A stretch of DNA of 64,000 nt, filler included, from Diploschistes diacapsis (taxonomy: Eukaryota), in the NCBI GenBank assembly GCA_023645945.1. It is 26 parts of 26 records of this genome, joined end to end, with 100 filler letters (N's around TTAATTAATTAA, not from the genome) between each part and the next. Parts side by side here need not be neighbours in the genome. Positions count along the whole stretch, not along the records: positions 41,251 to 59,472 come from JALAIB010000419.1; positions 59,573 to 60,614 come from JALAIB010004190.1; positions 60,715 to 61,756 come from JALAIB010004191.1; positions 61,857 to 62,897 come from JALAIB010004192.1; 22 more parts are not named here. The stretch is one strand, 5' to 3'. A model generated the notes under the pieces. That model was not told where the DNA came from. It worked only from the letters and a program-made list of their open reading frames with translations, and ran no database searches. Made by a program: the position numbers and the translations under genes. Below, piece after piece: positions 49,652 to 62,997 of the stretch (positions are counted from its first letter, which is position 1; every line of letters starts with the position of its first letter).

Positions 49652-51428
49652 ATGCAAGTACAATACATCTTCGCGTCGTGGGCCGTTGTAGCCTACGTCC
49701 TTTACAGGATCCTCAGCTCGCTGAATCGAGAACGCTATTATGCCCGTGAAGCAAAGCGTCTAGGCTGCAAGCCAGCGCCCTATTATCCTAATCAGCGACC
49801 CTTTGGCATTGAGCATGTCCAACAGGCAATTGAGGCCGATAGAAAAAAGCTATTCCCGGAACACATAACTCGGCGCTACGCAAACATGGGAAACCGCACT
49901 TTCGAGCACAGTATATTTGGAAACCACGCCATCACGACCATGGAGCCCAAGAACATCCAGGCCATTCTCGCCACCCAATTCAAAGACTTTAGTCTCGGTG
50001 AACGACGGCGAAAATGGCTCACTCCTCTCCTGGGTGTCGGCATCTTTACCTCTGATGGTAGTGCTTGGGAACATTCCCGCGCCATGTTGCGCCCCCAATT
50101 CAACCGCAGCCAAGTCTCCGATCTCAAGCTCGAAGAGCAGCACATCCAGAACATGATGCTTGCCCTCCAAACCAACCCCTCCTCCTCCTACGCTACCTCC
50201 GAAAAGCGATCCAACTGGACTGCTCCCGTTGACCTCCAAGTCCTCTTCTTCCGCCTGACCCTCGACTCCGCCTGCGAGTTTCTCTTTGGCGAGTCTGTCG
50301 ACTCTCAGATCCGCAATCTCCCCGGCAACGCCGACCTACTATCCAGTGCTGGCAAGATCACCACCAACTCGGCGACGGACGAAGCCAATTTCGCCGCTGC
50401 CTTCGACCGCGGCCAAGCCTGGCTCTCGATGCGCTCCCGTCTGGGCCCTCTCTACTGGCTCATCGACGGCCCCTCGCAGCGTCGGGACGCAAAAGCATGC
50501 CACGACTTTGTAGACCACTTCGTCGAGCTTGCGCTGACCACGGCTTCCCCCTCCGGCCGACGTGCTTCACAGACGGAGCTCGAGAAGGGCGACCCAACAC
50601 CCCAACGCCGCCTGAACGCGAGCGGAGGCGAGAGATTCGTCTTTCTCGAAGCCCTCGCCGCCCAGACCCAGGACCCGCTCGAACTCCGCTCCCAGATTCT
50701 GAACATCCTTCTCGCCGGCCGCGACACAACGGCCAGTCTCCTTGGCTGGACCTTCTACCTCCTCGCCCGGCACCCTGACATCTGGGCCAAACTGCGCGCG
50801 GCCGTTGTCGCCGATTTCGGCGCGTACGCCCCCAACGGCACCGCGAGCATCTCCTTCTCCTCCCTCAAGTCTTGCGGCTACCTCCAGCACGTGCTGAGCG
50901 AAGTCTTGCGCCTCTATCCCGTCGTGCCGATCAATCTTCGCGAAGCGGTGCGCGACACGACGCTGCCGGTCGGCGGCGGCGAGGATGGTAAGAGCCCCGT
51001 GTTCGTGCGCAAGGGCCAGCAGGTGGACTACAGCGTGCACGTCATGCACCGGCTCAAGAGCCTGTGGGGCGAAGACGCGGACGAGTTCAAGCCCGAGCGG
51101 TGGGCCGGCAGGAAGCCGGGGTGGGAATATCTGCCCTTTAACGGCGGGCCGAGGATCTGCATCGGACGTATGTATTTGTCTTGCTTTGCCAACAACATTG
51201 TCTCCTTTTTTCTTGCTTCGGCTGCTGGGTGGTACGCATAGCTGACTCGAAAAACGTCCAGAGCAATTCGCCATAACGGAGGCCTCGTACGTTATCGTGC
51301 GCCTGCTGCAGCGCTTCGACGCCGTGGAAAACTTGGATACGAGCCGGGTCCCGACGCACAACCTCACGCTCACTAGCTGTCCCGCTGCCGGCGTGCAGGT
51401 CCGGCTACGCGAGGCAACGTCGCCGTAA
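49652..51428 (+). CDS. Cytochrome P450, CYP52-clan alkane/fatty-acid hydroxylase type (intron 51168-51261)
   Basis: EPKNIQAILATQFKDF, GIFTSDG.AWEHSRAMLRPQF, LLAGRDTTA, EVLRLYP, FKPERW, PFNGGPRICIGQQFA. Confidence 0.93.
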
Positions 51429-51902
51429 CGAGCTCCCTACCGTTTACGCTGAACCATCCTTCTCCCTTTGGCTTTCTGGATGGAAGGACGGTCTGGCTGA
51501 CGAGGCTGGAGGGTTTGCATACCACATGGCTGGGAACTACGGACCGGAGACTGCGGCTCAAACAACGGAGACCGCGGATTAAGCATGTTTTTGTTTTACA
51601 GAAACGAAAAATTCGCAAAGGAGCCACCACTGCCCGTTTCCAATCACCTTTGCCCGGGAGAGCTGGGGAGAGATAGGACAGTCGGGGCGAGTTGCTGGAT
51701 CGGTGAATATGGGGGGGACATAAGGGCTTGCAGCAACTGGGGTCCTTGGATTCGCTCGTGTGCATATCAATGCGGAGAAGTACATATTATACACCCATTT
51801 CCTTGCTCTGTTTCTTTGTTCTTATATCCTTATTAGCAGCCTCTGTTCTCATGGCGTTGTTTTCGTTTGCTGCTCTTTCCTACCGCTGCTTCCGTTTTCC
51901 TG

Positions 51903-52166
51903 TATATATATATATATATATATTGTGATAGCCCACGGCCCCCCAATTCTATGTGCACGGGGTTGTCAGTCAGTCCGTCGGTCGAATCCGTCCGTCCGTC
52001 CGTCCGTCCGTCCGTCACGAGTCGCTAGGGCATTGTACGCTCGGGTCGAGTCCCAGAGTTTTACACACATAACCGGAGCACCCCCGATAATGCACGAATG
52101 CAACCTACATACATAGCCATCAATTCCCAACTTCTCGTGCTCCCCCTTGACTTTGTTCTCCATGCT

Positions 52167-52202
<36 letters not shown>

Positions 52203-52388
52203 CACGCTTGGGACAATGGCTGCTGGGGGACAACCGCCGCCACATACCCTTGGAGGGTTTAAACAGTGCTTTTGCGGGTCCGGAGGGCTGGTGTCCCGGT
52301 CCCAAGTCCCAGTCCCAGTCCCAGTCCCTCTCTCTATCTCTGTATATGTACATGTATCTATCTATCTATATATATATATATATATATA
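51903..52388. repeat. Cluster of microsatellites: (TA)n, (CCGT)n, (CTCCGG)n, (GTCCCA)n, (TA)n
   Basis: Directly visible at ~51903, 51987, 52167, 52307 and 52368; also (CTT)n at ~49605-49645. Confidence 0.9.
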
Positions 52389-52863
52389 CTTCGAGAGGTG
52401 AGGTCCCCCACAAGTACTTCCACTTGTCCCCTCCTCCTCCTCCACTTCTGTGGCTTGAGGAAGACGCCGGAGCTCACCAAGCAGTTGTCCATGGGACGAC
52501 ATATACCAAAGATGCTCGGAAACAGCAAGTTTACGCGGGCCAGCGAAGTTTAGATCGCCAGCGAATGTGGCTCCGAACCATCATCGCGCGTTCCATCAGA
52601 GATATCATTTCACATTTGTTCGTATCCGGCGTAAAGCACATGACCTGCGGACCGCTGTCTGTCTACCGTTTGGAAGCAGAGCAGCGGGCAAAACGACGCA
52701 ATCGTAGTAGCACGCGCGGTCTATTCTCGTCACAAAAAAAACCCAAGGACTCGCCCTTCCTCGCTTCCCCCATTTTCTTCGAGTCCCCATTCATCGCGCT
52801 GACTTTTTGCTCTGCCACTGCCGCTGTTCCTCAGCCGCATTCCATTCCCCACTCCCCTTACTC

Positions 52864-54781
52864 TTACGTGCTCCCCAACCCCAGATCCTCCTCGGCCGAC
52901 ACGATGCGAATCGTATTCGTGTGACCCTGCCCACCCCTCCAGCCCTGGATGCAGACCACCTTCTCGCCCTTGGCTAGCACGCCGAGGCGCATCGCGTGGT
53001 GGATGCCCCACTTTAGCCTGTTGTCGACGTCGACCTGCCAGTTTGCCTGATTGAAGTCGGGCTTCTCCTCGTGGAACAAAAAGGGGTAGACGCCGCGGTA
53101 GAGGTGCGAGTAGCGCGAGGCCGTCGCGTTGCGGGTTACCATGATGATAGGGCAGCCGGGGCGAAAGGCGGAGAGGAGGCGGGCGGAGCGGCCGCTGGGG
53201 GAGGATGTTAGCAGGGGTACTTGGTCATGGGAGCGGGAGCTGAGGTTAGTGTTGGGACAGGGGGATGGGGATAGGGAGAGGAGATATGGAGTGGGGTCCA
53301 GGGCATGAAATCAGACGTACCTTGTTGTCAGCACGAGAATAGCGCCGGCATTCAGTTCGAGACTGGCGCTCACAGCTGCCATTGCGCAGCTCTCTAGCGT
53401 GTCGCATGGCCTCTTAAGCAAGCTTCTCAACTCATCAAAGTGGCTCACGTACGGAATGGCCTTCTCGGCCAATAGGCACGTCTCGTGCATCATCGTCACT
53501 GCCTCTTTCGGATAGCTCCCCTTTGCCGTCTCCCCGCTCAACATGACACAGTCCGCTCCGTCGAGCACTGCGTTGCCAACATCGCTTACCTCCGCACGGG
53601 TTGGGCGCGGGTTGTACGTCATTGATTCCAGCATCTGCGTTGCACAGATGACGGGCTTACCGGCAAGGTTGCACTTGGCAATCATCATCTTCTGCGCCAT
53701 GAACACCTCAGCCGGGGGAATCTCGATTCCGAGGTCACCACGCGCGACCATGACGCCGTCGGTCTCGGCAAGAATTTCATCAAAGTTGTCAACGCCTTGC
53801 TGGTTCTCAATCTTGGAGATGATCTGGATTTCCTTTCCCTCCTCGCCGAGGACTTCGCGAATGGACTGCACGTCGCTAGCCCGGCGAATGAAGGAGGCGA
53901 ACACCATGTCGACTTTGTTCTTGACGCCAAATTTAAGGTCAGCTTTGTCCTTTTCCGAGAGCGCGGGCAGGTCGACGTCCGTCTTGGGAAGGTTGACCCC
54001 TTTGCGGGAGGAGATCTTGCCGTTGTTGACGCACTTGCAGTGCAGGGTTTTCGAATCGGCGATGCGGAGGACTTCGAAAGCGAGGACGCCGTCGTCGACG
54101 TAGATAGTTCGGCCCGGCTCGATGACTTTGGTTATGTTTTTGTAGTCGACATACCTGAATGTGTAAGGCAGTGGGTTGGGATTGATTACAGCAGCTTACA
54201 TGTTCTTATCATCACACTCAGTCTTGTACTTGTCGTCGGTGGTGATGTTGATCTCTGCACCCATGGCAATGGGAATGTCGGCGTCCCCTTTGGTGTTTCC
54301 GGTTCGGATTTCTGGGCCCTTGGTGTCGAGAGCAATGGCTACGGGGCGCCCTTCCATGTCCTCTTCTGCTTGTCTGGTGTTGTCTATTACAGATTGGTGG
54401 TACTGGTAACCTCGTGTTAACAAGCCACTAATCGAAGAAGGCGAGCCCTTACCTCGTATGCTCCATGGGAAAAGTTCATGCGGACAATGTTGCAGCCAGC
54501 TACGCATATTAGCTCAATTTATCTTTACGACATAGAGTTCTTGCACAGAGCATACCTCTGCGTAGCATATTGATCTTCTCGGCAGAATTGGTCTTGGGAC
54601 CTGGCAGTTTTTCGGTCAGCTTCCGATTCTACACAGCTCACAAGGGCGCTGGCAAGTATATACCAATCGTGCAGATGATGGAAGTCCTCCTATAGTTCTT
54701 GCCGGGTTTTGCCTCCGTATCCAGTGACGCCAGCCACTCGATACGGTTGCGACTCGTTTCAAGGTCGGCTTTGGGAGCCAT
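52864..54781 (-). CDS. CDC19: Pyruvate kinase (exons 54781-54664, 54600-54556, 54499-54453, 54402-54200, 54154-53321, 53194-52864)
   Basis: [60 protein letters not shown]...[16 protein letters not shown]. An extra upstream exon cannot be excluded. Confidence 0.96.
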
Positions 54782-55273
54782 GATGCCGAAGCTTCCTTCA
54801 CCAGCACTGTGGCAAAGGGATTACTCTTGGCTGAAGCTTCGAAGATCGGTTGCGGTAATTGGGTCACGGTCTTCAGAGCTTGTCACAAAGGTCAGATGAA
54901 GAAGTCGTTTCTGTGCAAGAACACAATCAAGTGGAGTTTGAGGTAGAATAATATCTTATACAAATAGCTGCCCCACCACAGCTTTCAAAGATCCCAACGA
55001 TCCAAGGGTCTGGAAATAAATAATTGGTCACTTATCCATCCAGGATGTGGGAGGTTCTGACAAGTTTTTCTATTACCTTTCACCCGAGCGAAGAAGCTAC
55101 CAATGAATTTCCCCCACGCCAAAACAAGCGCGAAGACCCCCACATCCAGTGGTTAACGTGAAAGCACATGCCTGGCAGCCTGGCAGAAGGTCCGTTTGTC
55201 ACCACGCGACTCCAACGGCCACTTCCTTACAGTATACTCTGTTCACACTGTTTAAGTCCCTCAGATTGATATA

Positions 55274-55745
55274 ATGGTGGTGAGTTCCATCCCTTGCTGT
55301 GTGCCGGGAGGCAGGCAGGCTGAAACATAGGCAGCTCGGACGCCTTACGCACTATGCGTTCGATGCGATACTAGGTATGCTTATCTTCTACGAGGGCTCG
55401 GGCGCTAGATATGGGACCTGATAATATCCTACAGTCTCCGCCTTCCTTGCGGGCATCAAGCGCTCGACGGGATTGACGTACGCCTCCTTCCCCTACGCCT
55501 CCAGCGTCTTCTGTGCTTAGGGCTTCTGCTACGACACCAAGATCATGCTGTTTTGTCGAGAAGATGGACAAGCTAACCTGAGCCCCTCTTGTGGGATGAA
55601 TAGCCCTAGTTTGACAACGAACAAAGTCTCCGAGAACAAAGAAGTTAACAAATGGATCGAGAGCTACCTCGGCGTCGGCGAATGGGTCATGGATCAAAGT
55701 GTGGCAATACTAGCGGCAACATCTTACTTCGAGAGGAAACGATGA
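55274..55745 (+). CDS. ATG44: Mitofissin (DUF1748 family), 76 aa (exons 55274-55279, 55335-55374, 55435-55477, 55604-55745)
   Basis: Three canonical introns give MVLGRLTHYAFDAILVSAFLAGIKRSTGLTPSLTTNKVSENKEVNKWIESYLGVGEWVMDQSVAILAATSYFERKR, with the family hallmarks H.AFD..L.S..LAG.KR.TGL and YL.VGEW..D. Confidence 0.88.
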
Positions 55746-55991
55746 TGAACGGGAATGGTGGCGTGGGTGAAGCATAAGAAGAAGACTTGGATCAGAGTGC
55801 ATGTGATATGGGTTTTGCTTCCGATTTTGCTGTATGCGGTGGGCGCTTGGAGTACACTTGTTGGGGGCATTCGGTATCCAGCTCAGTGAGCGAGCATCTT
55901 GTGTTAAGTTGTACGGATTACGTCTCGGTTATCAAGGTCAACTCATCCATTTAAGTCTTTGTGAGCAGTGCCTGCATGGGGCGGATAACCA

Positions 55992-57056
55992 TCAATCGAG
56001 ATCATCTACGCTAGACTGGAAGTCTTCCGGATCTTTTTGCGTACTTTTAGTGCCACCACAATTTCCACCTGATTTCGTCTTTGCTTCTTTGGCCTCTTGC
56101 TTCTCAACATCCTCTTTCAACAACAAAGTGAAGACCACTACGAAGTACGCGTCTCCCGTTTCCTTGTTCTTCAGCACGTATCTAAGTTTATGGGACCTCC
56201 TAATCAGCCGATGACGAGCGCTCAGTCAACGCAACGCTCGGGGTAACAAAGTGGGTACGTAAGAAACGGAGGACGCAATGAAAACTTCTTACCTTAACTT
56301 ATCCTCTCCACCAAGGTACCCCAATACCGGTAATGAGAATCCTGGAAGTTTGAGAGAAAAGTTGTTGAAGTCCAGGTGTGGATTGAAAAAGTCGCAGCTG
56401 TATGTCCTTCCCTTTTCCCACGTCCAATTTCCTTTCTCGTTGTAGGCCCATTTTTTCCTTTCCGCTGCAGAGTCTGGCATGCCCTTTCCTCTTCTGATCG
56501 AACCTCCATCCTCTTCTGCTCCTTCCTCTATAATAACATCATTATCCTCACCAACCTCGTACCCACCTCTAGAATGATTGGTCTGCTCTTTCGATGTCTT
56601 CTTTGCCTGCGGACCAACACTTAATCGTGTGATAGTCGCTACCAATGGACTGTAAAGGTATGGTTTGTCCGCATACGGATCTCCATCGAGCCCTGGATCA
56701 ACAGCCCACTTCGCTATGCGAAAGGCTGTACCAAAGCCCGGAGGTAGCCTGTCACGTATTGGCCGATCAAAGTCGTTGCCGAACACTAATGCTGCGCCTG
56801 AAACGGATTCGTGCGGGACAAAAGTGAATGCTATTGAGTACTGATCATGAGTGTGCGCGGGATGGGCGAAGTAGGGACTTGTAGTTGGCGAGTTGCGAGG
56901 CAAGCCTCGATATTGCTGGATGCGAACCTTAACTCGCGAACTGCAATGAGCGGATTCTATAAGGGTAGATTCTGAAGTATTCACGGGCAGCACAGTATGA
57001 GTTGAAGCATCGTAGGATGGCCCAGCAGTGACGCGGAGGAGATATTTATCGGCCAT
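55992..57056 (-). CDS. DUF1769 family protein (exons 57056-56293, 56181 or 56199-55992)
   Basis: KYLLRVTAGPSYD, LVFGNDFDRPIRDRLPPGF, VDPGLDGDPYADKPYLYSP, DFFNPHLDF, LRYVLKNK. Confidence 0.85.
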
Positions 57057-57486
57057 TGCGAGTGCTTGAATCTAAGTCCCAGGAAGTCTAGTAAAAACCA
57101 CAGATAACTGTATCCGGCACAGCCTAGAAAGCTTCTCAGGTGACAGAAGCCTGACGAGGAACCGGATATGACGTATCAAGCCTGCGAGGGCGCTCGCATC
57201 CTTTTCGGTTCTGCTTCAGAGCGTGGACTGTCACGAAAGTTCCTTGCTATTTCAGGCATTATCATCCTCAAGCATCAGGTTCAAATGAGGCAATAGGCAT
57301 GTAGAGCGGAAGAGTTACCCCTACTTGTGTGTGCACACCGCCCGGCAGAAAAGTGTATTTCACATGGAGTTACAGAAGTAGTGTAGAATTTCCCAACGTT
57401 AAAAGATTCAAATTCATGAGATTAATTAGATACAACTGAACGACCTATTATTTGCAGTCTTTGAGCCCTGACTTCTCGCATCTTCA

Positions 57487-58703
<1,217 letters not shown>

Positions 58704-61292
58704 AAGATTCGTATCTCTAAGCAAATCATAACTTGGAGCTTTACCATTGCCTCAGAACTATGACCCTGCGCGCTAGTTGCACGACTAAGCCCCTTTGCGC
58801 TAGCTTCAGCGCTAATCCCCTTCGGGTCAGGCTGACAACATGGATTCGTAACTATTATACGCGTCCGTAAACAGCCGATTTAAACAATTATAAACTTAAA
58901 ACTTTTAATATGTGGAAGATCCTTTGCCATTTGCCAATTAAATGCACCAAGTATTAAAGATATTGTAGGTAAATAAATCTTAAATTTTCGCGTCCATCGA
59001 ATGGGACTCGATTTCGATCCAAAATCTTGATTATCGCGTAGCTTCTTTGAAGCATTTTATATCGGAGATATTTTGTAGGGGGTATAATAAGGCCATGAGA
59101 AAGCTCCGTAGGGGGTCGAAAAGCTGCTTAGGAATGCGCAAGGTAGAGAAATCGTAGACAAGGGTGATGGCAGCAGTAGCGGGTTGGGAGTGCTGAGGGT
59201 GCTGGGGGTGCTGGAGATGTTGGGGGTTGCTGGAGATACTGAGGGCGCTTGTCAGTATTGACTCAAATTGATTTGTGAAGTGAAGATGCCTTCCAAAAGC
59301 TATGGCTACCATCGAGCTCTTTATAGCTACCATTGTAGCTACTAAGCGGGTGGATGCCCAATGGCATCATGTCTTATGGCGTCACAGGCGACGCCAGCGA
59401 GGGTAGGGATAAGCAAGCCCAGCAAGAATAAACGATTCTTCTTAATAATATTATAATTATTATAATATCTACNNNNNNNNNNNNNNNNNNNNNNNNNNNN
59501 NNNNNNNNNNNNNNNNTTAATTAATTAANNNNNNNNNNNNNNNNNNNNNNNNNNNNNNNNNNNNNNNNNNNNTTCGCCAGTTTCGCTAGTTTCGCCGGTT
59601 TCGCCGGTTTCGCCAGTTTCGCCGTGTTTCGCCAAACCTTTTGGCGAAAGTTGGCGAGTCGCTTGAACGCATTATCTGTCGCCCACCTCGCCGGTTTCGC
59701 CAGTTTCGCCAACTTCGCGGATTCTCGCGGTGTTTCGCCGCCAAAAACTTTTCGTGATGTATTCTTCTTAATGGGACTGATTTCGATAATACAGTTCCTT
59801 CCCTTAATTCGATCTTATAATCCCATTAAAAAAGAAAGAAAAAATCGATGGTATTTAAATTTTTTTAAAATTAACCGAGATTTTAACGATTGCAAAAACG
59901 ATTCGAAATGCAAATCGTTAATTAAAAAACGATTTATAAAATATCCCGCGTTACGGTAGTTATTTATATTAAAGACTTTCGAAGAATTTAATATCATCAC
60001 GAAAAGTTTTTGTCGGCGAAACACCGCGGAAATCCGCGAAGTTGGCGAAACTGGCGAAACCGGCGAAATAGGCGACAGATAATGCGTTCAAGGGACTCGC
60101 CGTGTTTTGCCAAAAGATTTAGCGAAACACGGCGAAACTAGCGAAACCGGCGAAACCGGCGAAACCGGCGAAACTAACGAAAACCGGCGAAGATGGCGAG
60201 GGCAATGATTTTTTTACTAACATATTACGTAAGCAAAAGTATTAAAATTATAATAATGTGTTTTACCATATAACGGATCACACCATAAAGAAGCTAATTA
60301 CATTATAATGTAATTGCGCTAGATAGTTTTAAGCAAGCTTTTGAGCCCTATAATTACATACAAAATTATTTGTACGAAAGGTGAAAATGTTAAGAAATAC
60401 ATTTTACGAAGGTGCAGGGATTGTGAGCCGCTTTATGGGGTGGTCTTGTAACAGATCGCTGGGACAATCCTCCGGGCGAGCGGAGGAATTCAGCCCTAAC
60501 GCCGCGCCAAGGCCGCAGGTCCATATAAGAGGAGTTTTTATAGAGGGATCTCCCTTTTTTTTCTCTAGAGATTAGTTCATGAAAACTATGACCATTACTA
60601 TCACACTACTGCATNNNNNNNNNNNNNNNNNNNNNNNNNNNNNNNNNNNNNNNNNNNNTTAATTAATTAANNNNNNNNNNNNNNNNNNNNNNNNNNNNNN
60701 NNNNNNNNNNNNNNATCATATATAATGAAACGCCGGTATCACCGATCTATTTAAAAAAACATTTTTACTCTTAATAATAACATTTATAACTATATTACCA
60801 ACTTTATCATCATATTTTAATTAAAACTCAGGTTCAGTATTATGATCTCTATCTATACAAGGTATACACGAGTAGGATCAAGGTGGGTTTGGTCTCTGTT
60901 AGAAGAGGAATGTAGCAGAAAAAGAAGATAGAATAGTTATAAATCTTGGATTATCTCTAGAAAGAAGGCTTTAAGATAATAAAAATAACGAATATAAATT
61001 GGTCCCGAATAATCGCTAAAGATATTTATAAAAATAAACACGCCCTCTTTTACGAAGATAAAAACGTGTTTATATATAATTAACTCGCTCGCCGTTTATC
61101 GTAAGTTTAATGAACGATACCCTTAAAGCTCGTCGTTTATAAAAATAAACGCGATTATCGAGCGATAACGAAAGCTTGCTCGCCGCTCACGAGAATAAAC
61201 GCGAGCAGTGAACGCATCACGTAACCCCTAGTCCCGTGACTGATCTATATATAAAGCTGGGACGTGCCAAGTCTGGTACTTGGATCGTAACA

Positions 61293-61756
61293 ACGAGTAC
61301 CGACGTTTCGTTAAAGAAATTAATTCCGGCGACTCGGTCTAATTAAATATACGTAATATTAAAATTACTCGGGCCTGTAAAAAACTGAATAATAAATAAA
61401 ACGATTTTTATAACGTTTTACGGAAGATAGGCGATATAGACTTCGAGCTGAACCTATTAACGTCAATAAAATTGTTTAATACCTTTTACTCGTCTTTATT
61501 TTCGAAAGACCCGCAAAATTTTTTAAAAAAATAGACGTATTCTAGACCATTTTCGGTAAAAACGAAAAACGGAAAAGAATAAGAGATCGAAAAGATCCTC
61601 GACGTCAAAAGAAGTCCCGAACGAGAAATAAACGTGTAATATAGGATACGTTAAATAAAATAATTTACCGACGATAGCTAATATCCCGCCGTTAATTTTA
61701 AAAATACTTTCGAGATCTTACGAGAATTTTATTAATTAAATCCCGAAAAGATAAGA
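61293..61756 (+). mobile_element. Chromovirus (Gypsy) integrase C-terminus and chromodomain relic
   Basis: GDSV*LNIRNIKITRACKKLNNK, then E*EIEKILD...YRIR*...DDS*YPAVNFKN...LREFY*LNPEK; stops fall at conserved Trp positions. Confidence 0.8.
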
Positions 61757-61856
61757 NNNNNNNNNNNNNNNNNNNNNNNNNNNNNNNNNNNNNNNNNNNN
61801 TTAATTAATTAANNNNNNNNNNNNNNNNNNNNNNNNNNNNNNNNNNNNNNNNNNNN

Positions 61857-61987
61857 TATTATAAAGATTCTATTTCTAATTTAAAAATAATCATCGTTAA
61901 CGACCGGGAAATGTATATGAATGCTTTATACATTTCTCGATCGTTAACGATAATTATTTCTAAATTAAAGATAGAGTCTTTATAATA
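61857..61987. repeat. 131-bp palindrome (61-bp arms, 9-nt loop)
   Basis: 61857-61917 is the reverse complement of 61927-61987, differing only by transitions. Confidence 0.9.
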
Positions 61988-62997
61988 ACTATTTAAAAAC
62001 TTCGAGTTAATAAAATCGGAGATAAATGAATTTTCTTTCTTTTTAATAGTTTTATTTTGTGTTTATTTTACTTTAAAGCTCTTTAAGCTTGCTTAATAAA
62101 ATTTATTAAAGAAGAAAAGAAATAGGTAGTTTTGTAAGAATAAATAAGTTATATAATTCGTTATTGTGAGTGGGCCGGTGGCGTTTCCCATCGCGACTAT
62201 AATAATATGCTGCTTGACAGACACGCATACCTGAATCGAAAAGCTATCAACATACCCAGCTTTAGAGAAAAGACAGTGCTCCAGCGGGGTCTCGCCATGC
62301 ATGCCCAATTCATAATCTGGATCTTTCTTTGACTCTCCGATCAAGGTCTTGTTCAACGATTCCTGGTTGATACTGTTTGAAGGCAGTGATTCTGTCCATC
62401 CATAAAGGGTGTAGTATGATTCGCCCGGAACATTATCAGCGTCAGGACTAGTGAAGAATTCTTGAATGGAGCCTGCGAGGTCCTTAAGCCATGCAATATT
62501 GCAAGTTTCCGCCTTTATTTCCAGCAATGTGTAAAAGAACTTGTCAACATTTATAACAATATTTTAAGCGCCAAGCACGGCAACTTCGACAACATCCTTT
62601 GCTTTAATTAGGTGATGGCTCGAGAAATAAAATCAGAATTGAACATACAACCAGATTTATATAGAGACTTAAACTGCTCGAGACTAGGCTGGCCGTCACG
62701 GACACTGACACGGCCGTGTCCGTGGCACGGATACGGCCGTAATAGTATCCGTGTTTTAAAATTTTTAATCGTAATATCCGTGTTCGTGTTTTTATTATAA
62801 TATAATATCCGTAGAAATATTCGTGTTTTAAAATTTTTAATCGTAATATCCGTGTCCGCGTTTTTATTATAATATAATATCCGTAAAAATATCCGTGNNN
62901 NNNNNNNNNNNNNNNNNNNNNNNNNNNNNNNNNNNNNNNNNTTAATTAATTAANNNNNNNNNNNNNNNNNNNNNNNNNNNNNNNNNNNNNNNNNNNN

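Noticed and set aside
52208..52924. 238-aa ORF downstream of pyruvate kinase
   Set aside because: Runs through microsatellites (YIYIYI, SQSQSQ) and has no ATG start or recognisable domain.
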